From the NCBI GenBank assembly GCA_018713605.1, contig DVOM01000027.1:7255-71254 (forward strand): 64,000 nucleotides of DNA, in the 5' to 3' direction. The notes below the pieces were generated by a model. That model was not told the origin of the DNA. It saw only the letters and a program-made list of their open reading frames with translations, and made no database searches. Shown here piece after piece: positions 16,471 through 26,073 of the stretch. The translations under genes and the position numbers were made by a program. The stretch is from Candidatus Scatocola faecigallinarum. GTDB lineage: Bacteria > Pseudomonadota > Alphaproteobacteria > RF32 > CAG-239. Position 1 is the stretch's first letter. Every line of letters starts with the position of its first letter.

Positions 16471-18402
16471 TTAACGTCCGATGTTTTTCCGCCGCCCACG
16501 GCAAATCCGTAAAAAAATATTCCGCAGCCTTTGTTTCAGTTCCCAAATACGATAATAAATTTTCGGAGTTCGCGCCTTTCTTATAAAATTCAAATTATCG
16601 TTATCCTCACTGCGAAAAAGATTCCATAACGTATAAGGTTTAGCCATTTCAGAAGCGCCGACCGCCTCCAATCCGACCTCGCTGAAAGGAACGCTTCCCA
16701 AAAATTCTGCCCATTGCCTGTTTTCGGAATGCAGCAACATACCAAAATATCTCTTAAATATGTTGGAAGAATAAACGGAAATATTATTCTTGTGTTCAAA
16801 ACAACTCATTTCGCGGCAAAAATCCAAAATACCGCAAAGATATTCCTCATGTCCCCACTTCAAAAGCAAAGAATTGTCAATGTTTTCCAAAACCGGTTCA
16901 ATCCTGCCGCCCGGACATTCCCTGTATCCCAAAGTCTGACCTTGAGGACATCGGCAAAGAGCCTCGAGCCAAAGCATACAGCCGAGGGAAATCGTCATAT
17001 AGGTTATTTTCCGGGATTTCTCATAATCGGTATTTACGGAATTATAAAAATAAAAAGTTGTAATTCTCCGACCGGCGTCAAGTTCGGAAACAATACTTTC
17101 CAGCATATCCTGCGTTCTGCCGGAACCGCACAAATCAACAAACGCAAATTTGCGGTCAAAATCTATTTCCTGCCTCAAATACCTTTTTAGCAGTTTCCTG
17201 TTTTGCTCATGCGCGGCAATAACTTCCGCCTTCAAACCGTCGGAAGCAAGTGCTGCTTTCTCGTATATCTCGACTTGCTTAGCCGATTTATCGGCATTGC
17301 TTACGTCAAAATACTTCTTCAAAACATCAAAACCTATTCCCAGCCGCAAAGCCAGCCGCTCAAAACAAAAACTGCGCTTATATTCGCCAAACGTCATCCG
17401 AATAAATTCATCAATGTTCTCACAGCCCGGAATACGCAAAGACAGTCTGGAACCATAAAAATAATGCGTTCTCAGACTAAGTTTTTTGGCAGCAATAATA
17501 ACATCGGCAATTTTTTTCAACACAAAACCGTCTCTGGCTATAAAATACAAATCAGTTATCCCTTCACCTGACGAAATGTTTAACAGCCAGCTGACATAAG
17601 AATATAAGATTGCCCCGGAAAACGATACTCCGAAACCGTAAATGGAATCTTCGGAGGCGGAATCATTCAACAGCCGCGAACATCCAAAATATGCCTGAAA
17701 TTCAAGTGTATTGCCGCTTCGAAGCAACGTTTTCTCATAAGATTTCAAAACTTTTGGCGCAAAAAAATCTGCATTTATCCTCAACACCCTCGCATTATCG
17801 ACATCAGTCTTCAAATTATCTCCGCAATGCCGCCACTTTCTGTAATCCGCCCTATAAAAATCCTTTATATGCCGATACAGATCCCCGCGCTCTTTGCTCC
17901 GTTTCAACTCACCCGAAACAAAAATCGGAATATCGTTAAAAATATCGTCAAACTGCAACAAAATTTTACGTATCTGCTCTGCAGTCAAATACATATCCGA
18001 AACAAGAATAACCTGCGCTTTTTCCTTCAGCAGCTTCCGAACCTTTTCAATATTCTCATAAATCGGTACGGCATTACGATATTCCGTTTCCAGTTCAAGA
18101 TTTACCAGTTTTTCCGATAATGTTTCGGACAAACGAAAGTTATTGGCAATTAAACGATATATTTCCTCCAATGTTATTTCACTGTGTCCATGGCGAGATT
18201 TGTTAGCTTTCTTCAAAAACAACGCCGTATCAACCCTGATTGAAGCAAAATTCTGCCGAAAAAAAATATCTGTTTGACGAAAAGAAACATCATTACAAAT
18301 TTTATCCTGCATTATGGCAAAAATTCCATGTGCCGAAGCGGTCCGCCGCGTAATCAGCGTATCCCAGACGTCAAACGAATATAACCAGTCAGCCATCCGC
18401 AA
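16471..18402 (-). CDS. HAD-superfamily hydrolase-like protein (COG5610-type, capsule-locus associated)
   Basis: 643 aa. HAD motif I near the N-terminus (SFDVWDTLITR). Large C-terminal extension. Confidence 0.55.
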   Translation of the reverse strand: MRMADWLYSFDVWDTLITRRTASAHGIFAIMQDKICNDVSFRQTDIFFRQNFASIRVDTALFLKKANKSRHGHSEITLEEIYRLIANNFRLSETLSEKLVNLELETEYRNAVPIYENIEKVRKLLKEKAQVILVSDMYLTAEQIRKILLQFDDIFNDIPIFVSGELKRSKERGDLYRHIKDFYRADYRKWRHCGDNLKTDVDNARVLRINADFFAPKVLKSYEKTLLRSGNTLEFQAYFGCSRLLNDSASEDSIYGFGVSFSGAILYSYVSWLLNISSGEGITDLYFIARDGFVLKKIADVIIAAKKLSLRTHYFYGSRLSLRIPGCENIDEFIRMTFGEYKRSFCFERLALRLGIGFDVLKKYFDVSNADKSAKQVEIYEKAALASDGLKAEVIAAHEQNRKLLKRYLRQEIDFDRKFAFVDLCGSGRTQDMLESIVSELDAGRRITTFYFYNSVNTDYEKSRKITYMTISLGCMLWLEALCRCPQGQTLGYRECPGGRIEPVLENIDNSLLLKWGHEEYLCGILDFCREMSCFEHKNNISVYSSNIFKRYFGMLLHSENRQWAEFLGSVPFSEVGLEAVGASEMAKPYTLWNLFRSEDNDNLNFIRKARTPKIYYRIWELKQRLRNIFLRICRGRRKNIGR

Positions 18403-18417
18403 TCCTTCCCGTTTATC

Positions 18418-19332
18418 TCAGGCCTTGCCTTTTGTCCGAAACTTAAACCTGATGCCAAAAACCGAGACAACTCTGTGCTTTTCGCAGATTTTCACGCCAA
18501 ACAGTTTGCTCCGTGCTCTTACGGGCTTCACGTCTTTCTTTGAAGCAGAAGATGCTTTCCTGTCCGGGTAGTTGCGTCTCACGGCAATATCAAAAACCGA
18601 TACATTCTCTTCCGAATAATTCGCGGCCAAAACTTCCCTTGCCTTTGCCAACTTGCTTTTCGGCAATAAAGTAACCCAGGACATAAGAAGAACGTTAAAC
18701 AAATCGTCAAGACTTTTACGGGTATCGTGATTCGGAATAAAAGCGCCTATATTGGGCAAACCATACGCATATTCCGTTGTTCTCGGATAAAATTTCTCTG
18801 CCCGAACGGTATTGATAAGCACTCTCGGAGCCTGCGATCTGGTCTCAAAATAAAGTTGTATATTAATGTCATGAACAACAAACACGCAATCGACATTAAC
18901 CCAGGGCAAAATCAGAAGAAAATCTAAAACTTCTCCGGGAAGTCCGTGGGCGGCATCTAAAACAACCATATCAATCCCCGCCCCTATATCTGCCGCACAG
19001 TCTGCAATGGTTGAGTTTTTTTTCAAAGACCACCTTTTATGGAAACAATCCGCTTCTTCACACAGAAAGCCAACCTCCCGCCGCTTTTCAAGCGGAATGT
19101 TTTCGTTACGGTCACGATAATATTTCCCGCCGATATCCACGGAATAAAGTAAAGCTCCGCTCTCTTTTGTTGCTTCCAAAAGCAAAAGGGAACCGGCTCC
19201 CGAAGAAACGCCTATTTCTACAATTTTTTTCGGTTTCCTTTCCTGGCATAAATCATAAATAAATGCACACTCGCTTTTGGTCATTTCCGAGTAGGCTTTT
19301 ATTTTCTCATATACAGCCTCAAATCCGCCCAT
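18418..19332 (-). CDS. Class I SAM-dependent (O-)methyltransferase
   Basis: 304 aa. Gly-rich SAM loop IVEIGVSSGAGS and acidic DIG/LDAAH motifs. The C-terminus carries HRVVSVFGIRFKF. Confidence 0.7.
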   Translation of the reverse strand: MGGFEAVYEKIKAYSEMTKSECAFIYDLCQERKPKKIVEIGVSSGAGSLLLLEATKESGALLYSVDIGGKYYRDRNENIPLEKRREVGFLCEEADCFHKRWSLKKNSTIADCAADIGAGIDMVVLDAAHGLPGEVLDFLLILPWVNVDCVFVVHDINIQLYFETRSQAPRVLINTVRAEKFYPRTTEYAYGLPNIGAFIPNHDTRKSLDDLFNVLLMSWVTLLPKSKLAKAREVLAANYSEENVSVFDIAVRRNYPDRKASSASKKDVKPVRARSKLFGVKICEKHRVVSVFGIRFKFRTKGKA

Positions 19333-19335
19333 AGC

Positions 19336-20547
19336 CTAATCTCCCAATAATTCTTCAAGAACGGCTCCGTAGCTCTCCGCAAAATTCCGGTTTGAAAAAT
19401 ATTTTTCATAAACGCGCTTATTCTTGTTTCCCAACATTTTTATATCAGAACCAAGCAAAGCGGAACTGCCCGCTTCATAATCGTCGTTCTTAACCAAAAT
19501 GATATTATCGTCCCGGTTAAACTCCGGATTTCCCCCGACATCTGACAAAACGACGCATTTTGACTTGTTCATCATTTCCAGCGTTGTAAGATCAAATATC
19601 GAAATTCTGTGCAGCATAAGATAAACGTCTGTTATATTCTGCAAATATTGCATTTCCGCATAGGAACAGCCCTTCAGGTGTATATAGCTGAAATTATCAT
19701 ATAAACCGGACAACCGGTCCAGTTCTGTTTTGACTGCCGCTTCCAACGGCCCTTTGCCAACCATAATATAACGCACCTTTCCTGCCGTCTTTTTTAAGAA
19801 AGCTTCAAGGAACAAAGGATTCCGGTCAAGTCCTTTGGCCTTTGTAAGCTGACCTACCGACAAAAAAGTTACACAGCTATCATCCTGTGTAATGCCGGAA
19901 ACCGGCAACATGTTTCCCGTCGCATACAATGTATTATACAGAACACGGCCTTTTTTAAATTGGCCGGACCGAATAATCTTATAGCGGCTGCCGGCAAAAT
20001 AGTCATAAGCTCCCTCAGACGGAAAACACACGCACAAAGCATGAGCAAATGCAAGTTTTTCACTGGCCTGAATAATCTTTCGGGACACAAAAGTAAACTT
20101 CTCTCCAAAATTTATTTTTTCTTCAATTCTGGCTCCCTGAATATGAGAAACAAGAACATATTTCTTACCGGCCAAATACAAACCGAAAGCGCTGCCGTAA
20201 TCATGGGTTATATATGCCGTCTCCCGGTCATCTTTAGTTTTTAACCGCACAAATTCAACTGCACCGAACAAATCCCACAACTCGTTTTTGCGATCCGTCG
20301 AAAACCGGTTGTCCTCATAAAACGAATATTTGAGCGAAACGCCGTTAAGCTCAGAACCAAACAACACCCGGTTGGCAGACTGAACGGCTCCGCCGCCTCC
20401 CGCGCCGCCGTCGGGAAAAAAACGCCTGAAAGTTATAAAACGAACCGACCGGACTTTTTCAAAACTTTTTTTCCTGTTTCGCAAGACCAGCAGACGCAGA
20501 AAGTGCAAAAGATTTTTTAAGTCGGACATTGCTCTAATTCTCATCAA
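19336..20547 (-). CDS. GT-B fold glycosyltransferase (GT4-like)
   Basis: 403 aa (alternative start at 20529). C-terminal donor-binding region HRISIFDLTTLEMMNKSKCVVLSDVGGNPEF resembles the EX7E region of GT4 enzymes. Confidence 0.7.
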   Translation of the reverse strand: MMRIRAMSDLKNLLHFLRLLVLRNRKKSFEKVRSVRFITFRRFFPDGGAGGGGAVQSANRVLFGSELNGVSLKYSFYEDNRFSTDRKNELWDLFGAVEFVRLKTKDDRETAYITHDYGSAFGLYLAGKKYVLVSHIQGARIEEKINFGEKFTFVSRKIIQASEKLAFAHALCVCFPSEGAYDYFAGSRYKIIRSGQFKKGRVLYNTLYATGNMLPVSGITQDDSCVTFLSVGQLTKAKGLDRNPLFLEAFLKKTAGKVRYIMVGKGPLEAAVKTELDRLSGLYDNFSYIHLKGCSYAEMQYLQNITDVYLMLHRISIFDLTTLEMMNKSKCVVLSDVGGNPEFNRDDNIILVKNDDYEAGSSALLGSDIKMLGNKNKRVYEKYFSNRNFAESYGAVLEELLGD

Positions 20548-21634
20548 AATTTCCTTTTCCGTTTACCAGCCTCTGCAAAAATTCCGCTTCCTTGTCCAAG
20601 CGGTGCACACGAGATCTTCTTTTGGCTTCGGCCTCGGTTCTGTCATTAAAATAATGGGTTGCATATGTATCAAACTTATCCTGGCAAAAGCTGAATCCAT
20701 AAAAATCAACATTATTAAAATTTCCAAACTTTCTGAAAATTTCCCAAATCAACACCATTCCCGTCGTCGGAAAATCTACGCCGCTGGCTTTTCTCAGAGA
20801 CATATGACATGCCCAGTCAAAATTATAAATTTTTTGTCCCTCACAAAGCTGCCGGTATAAAATGTCAAGATGATTATGCGCAACCCGCCAGTGGTCATAG
20901 TCGGCTTCCCAGGCAACCAGCCTATAAGGTTCGGTTCTGTCCTCAACATCACTGCCGCCGCTACCGCGCACCCAAATATCGGTTTTGGAGCCATAATCCT
21001 TTTCAAAACCTTTCAGACGATAATTGTTGAATCTGATAACCAAATCATGCGCATCAATTTCAGCACCTTTTTTTCTGCCTATTTCCGAAGGTGCATTACC
21101 CACGACTGCTACCTTTTTTCCCTCCAGCAGATTTTTAAACAGATTTTCGGCCCTGCTTTTTTCCAAAGCCTCGTGAACTTTTGCCGCCATCATTACCCTT
21201 TCGTTGTATATTCCCCGATCAAACATATACTTGGAAACCGGCAAAAAACGTTCAAATTCATCAAGGCGGCCGTTCCGATATGCCAAAAACCTGTCAATCA
21301 TACGCTCGGCCTTTTCAATCTGGCCGCTTTCCAGCAAACAGGAAAACCAGATCAGCCAAAAATGGCAGAAGTAACTTTGCCAGGCAAAGCGCGAATGGCT
21401 TATAAAATCAAAATGTTTCAGCAAAAAGTCCGTACAGCCATATGTTTCCCACATTGCCGCCACCAAATCGGCATTATCCCGGTTAATACGACTTTTTAAA
21501 TCTTCGACCTGTTCTCTCAGATCTCTTAACGACGCTTTCACATTAAAAACTTTCAGCTTTAAGCCAAGCATACGATATATAACATGAAATCCGTCGTCGT
21601 CAGACTTTTCAAACACCCTAAAATTCTTTTTCAT
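20534..21634 (-). CDS. GT29-family (eukaryote-type) sialyltransferase-like glycosyltransferase with helical N-terminal domain
   Basis: All four sialylmotifs are recognisable: L (VAVVGNAPS...EIDAHDLVIRFNN), S (FPTTGMVLIWEI...VDFYGFSF), III (THYFND) and VS (HRLDKE, H-x4-E). Confidence 0.7.
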   Translation of the reverse strand: MKKNFRVFEKSDDDGFHVIYRMLGLKLKVFNVKASLRDLREQVEDLKSRINRDNADLVAAMWETYGCTDFLLKHFDFISHSRFAWQSYFCHFWLIWFSCLLESGQIEKAERMIDRFLAYRNGRLDEFERFLPVSKYMFDRGIYNERVMMAAKVHEALEKSRAENLFKNLLEGKKVAVVGNAPSEIGRKKGAEIDAHDLVIRFNNYRLKGFEKDYGSKTDIWVRGSGGSDVEDRTEPYRLVAWEADYDHWRVAHNHLDILYRQLCEGQKIYNFDWACHMSLRKASGVDFPTTGMVLIWEIFRKFGNFNNVDFYGFSFCQDKFDTYATHYFNDRTEAEAKRRSRVHRLDKEAEFLQRLVNGKGNFDEN

Positions 21635-21672
21635 TGTATCCCAAGCCCGCAATACCCGCTTTGTATAAATTT

Positions 21673-21685
21673 AACGTACGTTTGA
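21673..21685. promoter_or_regulatory. Third copy of the 12-mer operator-like half-site (AACGTACGTTTGA)
   Basis: Matches the half-site of the palindrome at 21765-21789. It lies in the divergent intergenic region between 21634 and 21825. Confidence 0.4.
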
Positions 21686-21764
21686 CTTACGCTGGACGAA
21701 GAAAAAGACAACCCGATAAGATGTGGATAATAGCAATAATCCCTTTGTGGTTTAATTTTCGTTT

Positions 21765-21789
21765 ATGTATGTTTGATTCAAACGTACAT
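21765..21789. promoter_or_regulatory. 25-bp near-perfect palindrome ATGTATGTTTGA-T-TCAAACGTACAT upstream of the plus-strand glycan operon
   Basis: 12-bp arms with one mismatch, 36 bp upstream of the 21825 start codon. Confidence 0.5.
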
Positions 21790-21824
21790 TAGATTTATAC
21801 GGTCTTGCTGCACGGCCGCAGAAA

Positions 21825-23627
21825 ATGGAGAAGACAATGCAGAACATTAATGAACTGGCCAGAATTGTAATGCCGGCTTCGGATTTTCTTGATTATCAGG
21901 AACTGTTCATCAACCGCGAAGAAGGCTCCTGCCGTCTTGACGGCATATTGAAGCAAGTAAATATCTATAAGTTCAATACCTGGATGAACATGTTTGCCGC
22001 CCAAAAGCATTATTTTTACTGCGATCTCGGCAACATTTACCTGCATTTGGACATTCAGGGAAAATACAGGCTGCAGGTTACCGGCAGCAACCGGAACTTT
22101 GCCTTTGAACGGCTGGACGACCTCCTGCTGGATACGGACTGCGAAAACAACGTCTGTCTGAAAATCGACAATGCCGAAAAATATGAAGGGCTTTTTTTCA
22201 CAATCATTGAAGACCAAAACCGCCCGATAACTTTTAAATCCGGCGCCTGGTGCACGGACAAGGCACCGCGCCGCCAAAACAAGCTGGCCGTCGTAACCTG
22301 CACCTTCAGGCGCGAAGACTACATTAACAAAAACATCGCCAAGTTTGAAAACTTCCTGCGCGACAATCCGCAGCTCAAAGACAAAATAAAGCTCTTTGTT
22401 TCCGACAACGGCAAAACCCTTCCCGCCGCGTTAAATTCGGAAAACGTCACAATTTACCCGAACATGAATGCCGGAGGCGCCGGCGGCTTTACCCGCGGCC
22501 TGATTGAAGTCATGAAACTCAATGCCGGTTACACCCGGGTACTGTTCATGGACGACGACGTCGAAATTTTTCCGGAATCTTTTTACCGTACACTGACTCT
22601 GTCAGACTACCTGAAAGAAGAATATAAGGACGCCTTCATCAACGGCGCCATGCTTGACCTGTACCGAAAATCCGATTTTTTTGAAAACCTGGCTCTGCAA
22701 AGCGGCTTATGGGTAGAGGCTTTTCACCGGGGGCAGGAACTGAAATATGATAACGTTTTGAAAATAAATCAAATCCCGGCAGAAATATTTAATGACGCCT
22801 CCCGCAAAGTTGACACCGCATGGTGGTTTCACTGCTTCGATATCTCTCTTGCACAAAAAAACGGTCTCCCGGCTCCCGTTTTTTTCAGAGGAGATGACGT
22901 GGAATGGAGCTGGCGGAATTTTGGCAGGCATCATATATCCATAAACGGGATTTGCGTCTGGCACGCTCCCTTTATTTGGCGCGTATCCAAACCGGCAGAC
23001 TATTACTATCTGCCCCGAAACATGTTTTTCATCAATGTTCTGTATACCGCCGATTTCAAAAAACATTTTAAGGATTACCTCATTCAGCGGTTAAAATATC
23101 TGACCGCAACTTATGATTACGCATCTCTTGATTTGCTAATCAAAGCCATGAAAGATATTCTGAACGGCAGCGCTGTTTTCCGTGAAAACCCCGAAAAACA
23201 GTTTGCCGAAGTCAATAAAATTGCCAAACAGACTATTTATGAAAATGCGACCGAAAACGAACTGTCCGAGGCAAAGAACCACAAAGTTCACGTAAAAAAG
23301 TGGCGAAAGCTCTTATATAAACTAACCGGCAAAGGCTTTCTCTGCCCCAAAAAGCTTCTCAAAAAGCGCGACATAACAACCGAATGGTATCCTCCTGTCG
23401 AAGACTTTACCCTTGCCAAAGAAGTAAAAGTCTGCAACCTGTTTACCGGCAAATTTACCGTCCGCAAATTCGACCGCAGAAAAATCCGTGGCTATAACAA
23501 AGAATTTTTTAAACTGCTCAGGCAAATCGATAAAAATTATGACAGGCTTTATGACGACTTCGTCCAGGCGCATAAGGAGTTTTCAACTTTGGCTTTCTGG
23601 GAAAAATACCTGGAACTGAAAAAATAG
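21825..23627 (+). CDS. GT2-family (GT-A fold) glycosyltransferase, GlfT2-like architecture
   Basis: 600 aa. N-terminal beta-rich domain, then LAVVTCTFRREDY and the FMDDDVEI (DxD) motif. Confidence 0.65.
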   Translation: MEKTMQNINELARIVMPASDFLDYQELFINREEGSCRLDGILKQVNIYKFNTWMNMFAAQKHYFYCDLGNIYLHLDIQGKYRLQVTGSNRNFAFERLDDLLLDTDCENNVCLKIDNAEKYEGLFFTIIEDQNRPITFKSGAWCTDKAPRRQNKLAVVTCTFRREDYINKNIAKFENFLRDNPQLKDKIKLFVSDNGKTLPAALNSENVTIYPNMNAGGAGGFTRGLIEVMKLNAGYTRVLFMDDDVEIFPESFYRTLTLSDYLKEEYKDAFINGAMLDLYRKSDFFENLALQSGLWVEAFHRGQELKYDNVLKINQIPAEIFNDASRKVDTAWWFHCFDISLAQKNGLPAPVFFRGDDVEWSWRNFGRHHISINGICVWHAPFIWRVSKPADYYYLPRNMFFINVLYTADFKKHFKDYLIQRLKYLTATYDYASLDLLIKAMKDILNGSAVFRENPEKQFAEVNKIAKQTIYENATENELSEAKNHKVHVKKWRKLLYKLTGKGFLCPKKLLKKRDITTEWYPPVEDFTLAKEVKVCNLFTGKFTVRKFDRRKIRGYNKEFFKLLRQIDKNYDRLYDDFVQAHKEFSTLAFWEKYLELKK

Positions 23628-23639
23628 GAACGACGGACT

Positions 23640-26060
23640 ATGCAAAAAAACATCCTCTGCCGGGTAAAAAGTCAGGACTGCTGCGGCTGTGGCGCCTGCG
23701 CAAACAAATGCCCTGTCAAAGCAATCAGCTTGAGGGAAAACGAGGAAGGTTTTCTCGCGCCAGCAATTGACGAAAACCTCTGCACCGACTGCGGTTTGTG
23801 CGCCAGGGCCTGCCCGGCATTGAATGTCAGATATGAAAATACGACAGAACCGGAATGTTATGCGGCCATGGCCGAAGACGAAATCCGCATGAAAAGCTCG
23901 TCCGGCGGCATTTTCAGCCTGCTTGCCGAACACATTATCGACAAAGGCGGTTATGTCTGCGGCGCCGCTTTCAACAAAGATTGGAGCGTCAGCCACATCA
24001 TTATCGACAACAAACAGGACCTGGCCAAACTGCGCGGTTCCAAATATGTCCAAAGCGACACCGAAAACTGCTACCGGGAAACGAAAAAGCTTCTCGATGC
24101 AGGTAAAGAGGTTTTATTCAGCGGCTGCCCCTGCCAGATTGCCGGCTTATATTCTTTCCTGGGAAAAAAATATGAAAAGCTGTTTACAGTTGACATTCTT
24201 TGCCACGGCACACCCTCCCCCGGAATTTGGAAGAAATATCTACGTGAAACTTTTCCGCATCAAAAAATTATCGGCATCAACTTTCGAAACAAGGAAAAAA
24301 TCGGCTGGTCCTGTTCTCACTGTACATTCTCTCTGAAAGACGGAAACGAAATCGTGTCTGATGACTATACCAAAATGTTTCACAACACCGCCCTGATGAG
24401 ACCGTCCTGTGAAAACTGCAAACACTCAAAACTTCCCAGACCCGCGGACATAACCCTCGGCGACTGGTGGGGAATAGATAAATATCAAAGCGACATCAAT
24501 GACAATCAAGGCTTGTCCTTCGTGTTGTTAAACAACGACAAAGGAAAAAAAATCTTCAATGCCCTGAACTTGCCCCTGAAACAGAAAATCAGCCTAAAAC
24601 CGGAATATAATAACGGCCATGTTCGCTTCGGGCTGAAACTTCATCCAAACCGAAACAAGTTTTTTACCCTGCAAAAAAAATATTCTTACCGACAAAGTAC
24701 GGACATCATACAAAAAGGCAAATATGACGTTTGTTTAATAACTACTTTCTTTGCTCAAAATTACGGCGCGATTTTAGTTGCCTACGCCGTTAATCGGCTT
24801 TTGGAAAAACTCGGCTTTTCCGTTTTAATGTTGCAAAAACCGGCCGATGTCTGGCCCGGATACCCACTCGGCAACACCATTCCGATGAACTTTGCCCGAA
24901 AACACTATAACATATCGGGAATTTATGCCGACGAAGAAGACATGATTCGTCTTAACGGCCGTTGCGACACCTTTGTCGTCGGATCAGACCAGATTTTCAA
25001 TCCCGGTCTGCATTTAAATTATTCTTTTCTCGACTTTGTTGAAAATCAGAAGAAAAAAATCGCTTTCGCAACGTCTTTCGGACACGACGAATATAATGAA
25101 AAAGAAACGGATATTATCAAAAGAAAATATTTGCTGAAACGTTTCAGTCACATTGCCCTGAGGGAAAAAACCGCCAATCTGTGCGAAAATATTTTTGCCA
25201 TAACGGCCGACGAAGTAATCGACCCGACCCTTATGTTATCTCCGGAAGATTACGACAAGGTAATCGGTGACACAAAATCGGACATTTCCTCACCCTACCT
25301 GTTGACCTACATGCTTGACATGAGCAAGGAAAAAGAAGAAGCCGTTCGCTACATTGCCGACAAATTTAGCTTGCAAATCATAAACATTCCAAACTTAGAA
25401 GAAAAGCATCGCAGACCCTGCGAAATGGACTATCTTGAAAACGTCACGCCCGAAATATTTTTGTATCTGTACAAACACGCCTCCTTTGTCATAACCGATT
25501 CATACCACGGAACCTGTTTTGCCGTAAAATTCAACAGGCAGTTTATTTCTTTCATCAACAATTTCCGCGGTTCTCTGCGTTACCGGATTTTCGACTGCCT
25601 TAAACTCAACAACCGGATTTTTTCAGACCCGCAACACATCTTCAGCTCGCCTGACGTTATGAAACCGATTGACTTTACCGAAGCAAACAACCTTTTAGAG
25701 AAATGGGGGGGGTATGCAATTAATTGGCTAAAAGATGCAATGTCTTCCCCTGTTTCAAATCCGATAAAGTACACCGACTTTGAAAACTATATGGACATCA
25801 AAATTAAAGAAAACGCGCTTTTAAACAAACAACTGAAAAGCGAAAAGGAAAAAATGGAAACTGAACTCAAACAGCTTCAGGAACAGACAATGCTTCTGTC
25901 AAATGCCTCCGCCGTCCGTTTTCGATATTACCGCTGCAAAATGCTATCCAAACTCCTTTGGGGCGCCAAACGGCGGCACTACCGGAAAAAAGCCGAAGCA
26001 TTACACCAAAAGCTTCGCAAAATCAGAAGAATAAAGAAACAACTGCGCAACATCCGCTGA
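23640..26060 (+). CDS. Fusion protein: 2x[4Fe-4S] ferredoxin + FrhB-like (coenzyme F420 hydrogenase/dehydrogenase beta) domain + polysaccharide pyruvyl transferase domain
   Basis: 806 aa. CCGCGACANKCP and CTDCGLCARACP cluster motifs, an FrhB-like middle region, and a C-terminal PS_pyruv_trans-like region (VVGSDQIFNP...TDSYHGTCFA). Coiled-coil basic tail. Confidence 0.65.
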   Translation: MQKNILCRVKSQDCCGCGACANKCPVKAISLRENEEGFLAPAIDENLCTDCGLCARACPALNVRYENTTEPECYAAMAEDEIRMKSSSGGIFSLLAEHIIDKGGYVCGAAFNKDWSVSHIIIDNKQDLAKLRGSKYVQSDTENCYRETKKLLDAGKEVLFSGCPCQIAGLYSFLGKKYEKLFTVDILCHGTPSPGIWKKYLRETFPHQKIIGINFRNKEKIGWSCSHCTFSLKDGNEIVSDDYTKMFHNTALMRPSCENCKHSKLPRPADITLGDWWGIDKYQSDINDNQGLSFVLLNNDKGKKIFNALNLPLKQKISLKPEYNNGHVRFGLKLHPNRNKFFTLQKKYSYRQSTDIIQKGKYDVCLITTFFAQNYGAILVAYAVNRLLEKLGFSVLMLQKPADVWPGYPLGNTIPMNFARKHYNISGIYADEEDMIRLNGRCDTFVVGSDQIFNPGLHLNYSFLDFVENQKKKIAFATSFGHDEYNEKETDIIKRKYLLKRFSHIALREKTANLCENIFAITADEVIDPTLMLSPEDYDKVIGDTKSDISSPYLLTYMLDMSKEKEEAVRYIADKFSLQIINIPNLEEKHRRPCEMDYLENVTPEIFLYLYKHASFVITDSYHGTCFAVKFNRQFISFINNFRGSLRYRIFDCLKLNNRIFSDPQHIFSSPDVMKPIDFTEANNLLEKWGGYAINWLKDAMSSPVSNPIKYTDFENYMDIKIKENALLNKQLKSEKEKMETELKQLQEQTMLLSNASAVRFRYYRCKMLSKLLWGAKRRHYRKKAEALHQKLRKIRRIKKQLRNIR

Positions 26061-26073
26061 CATTATAGAACAA

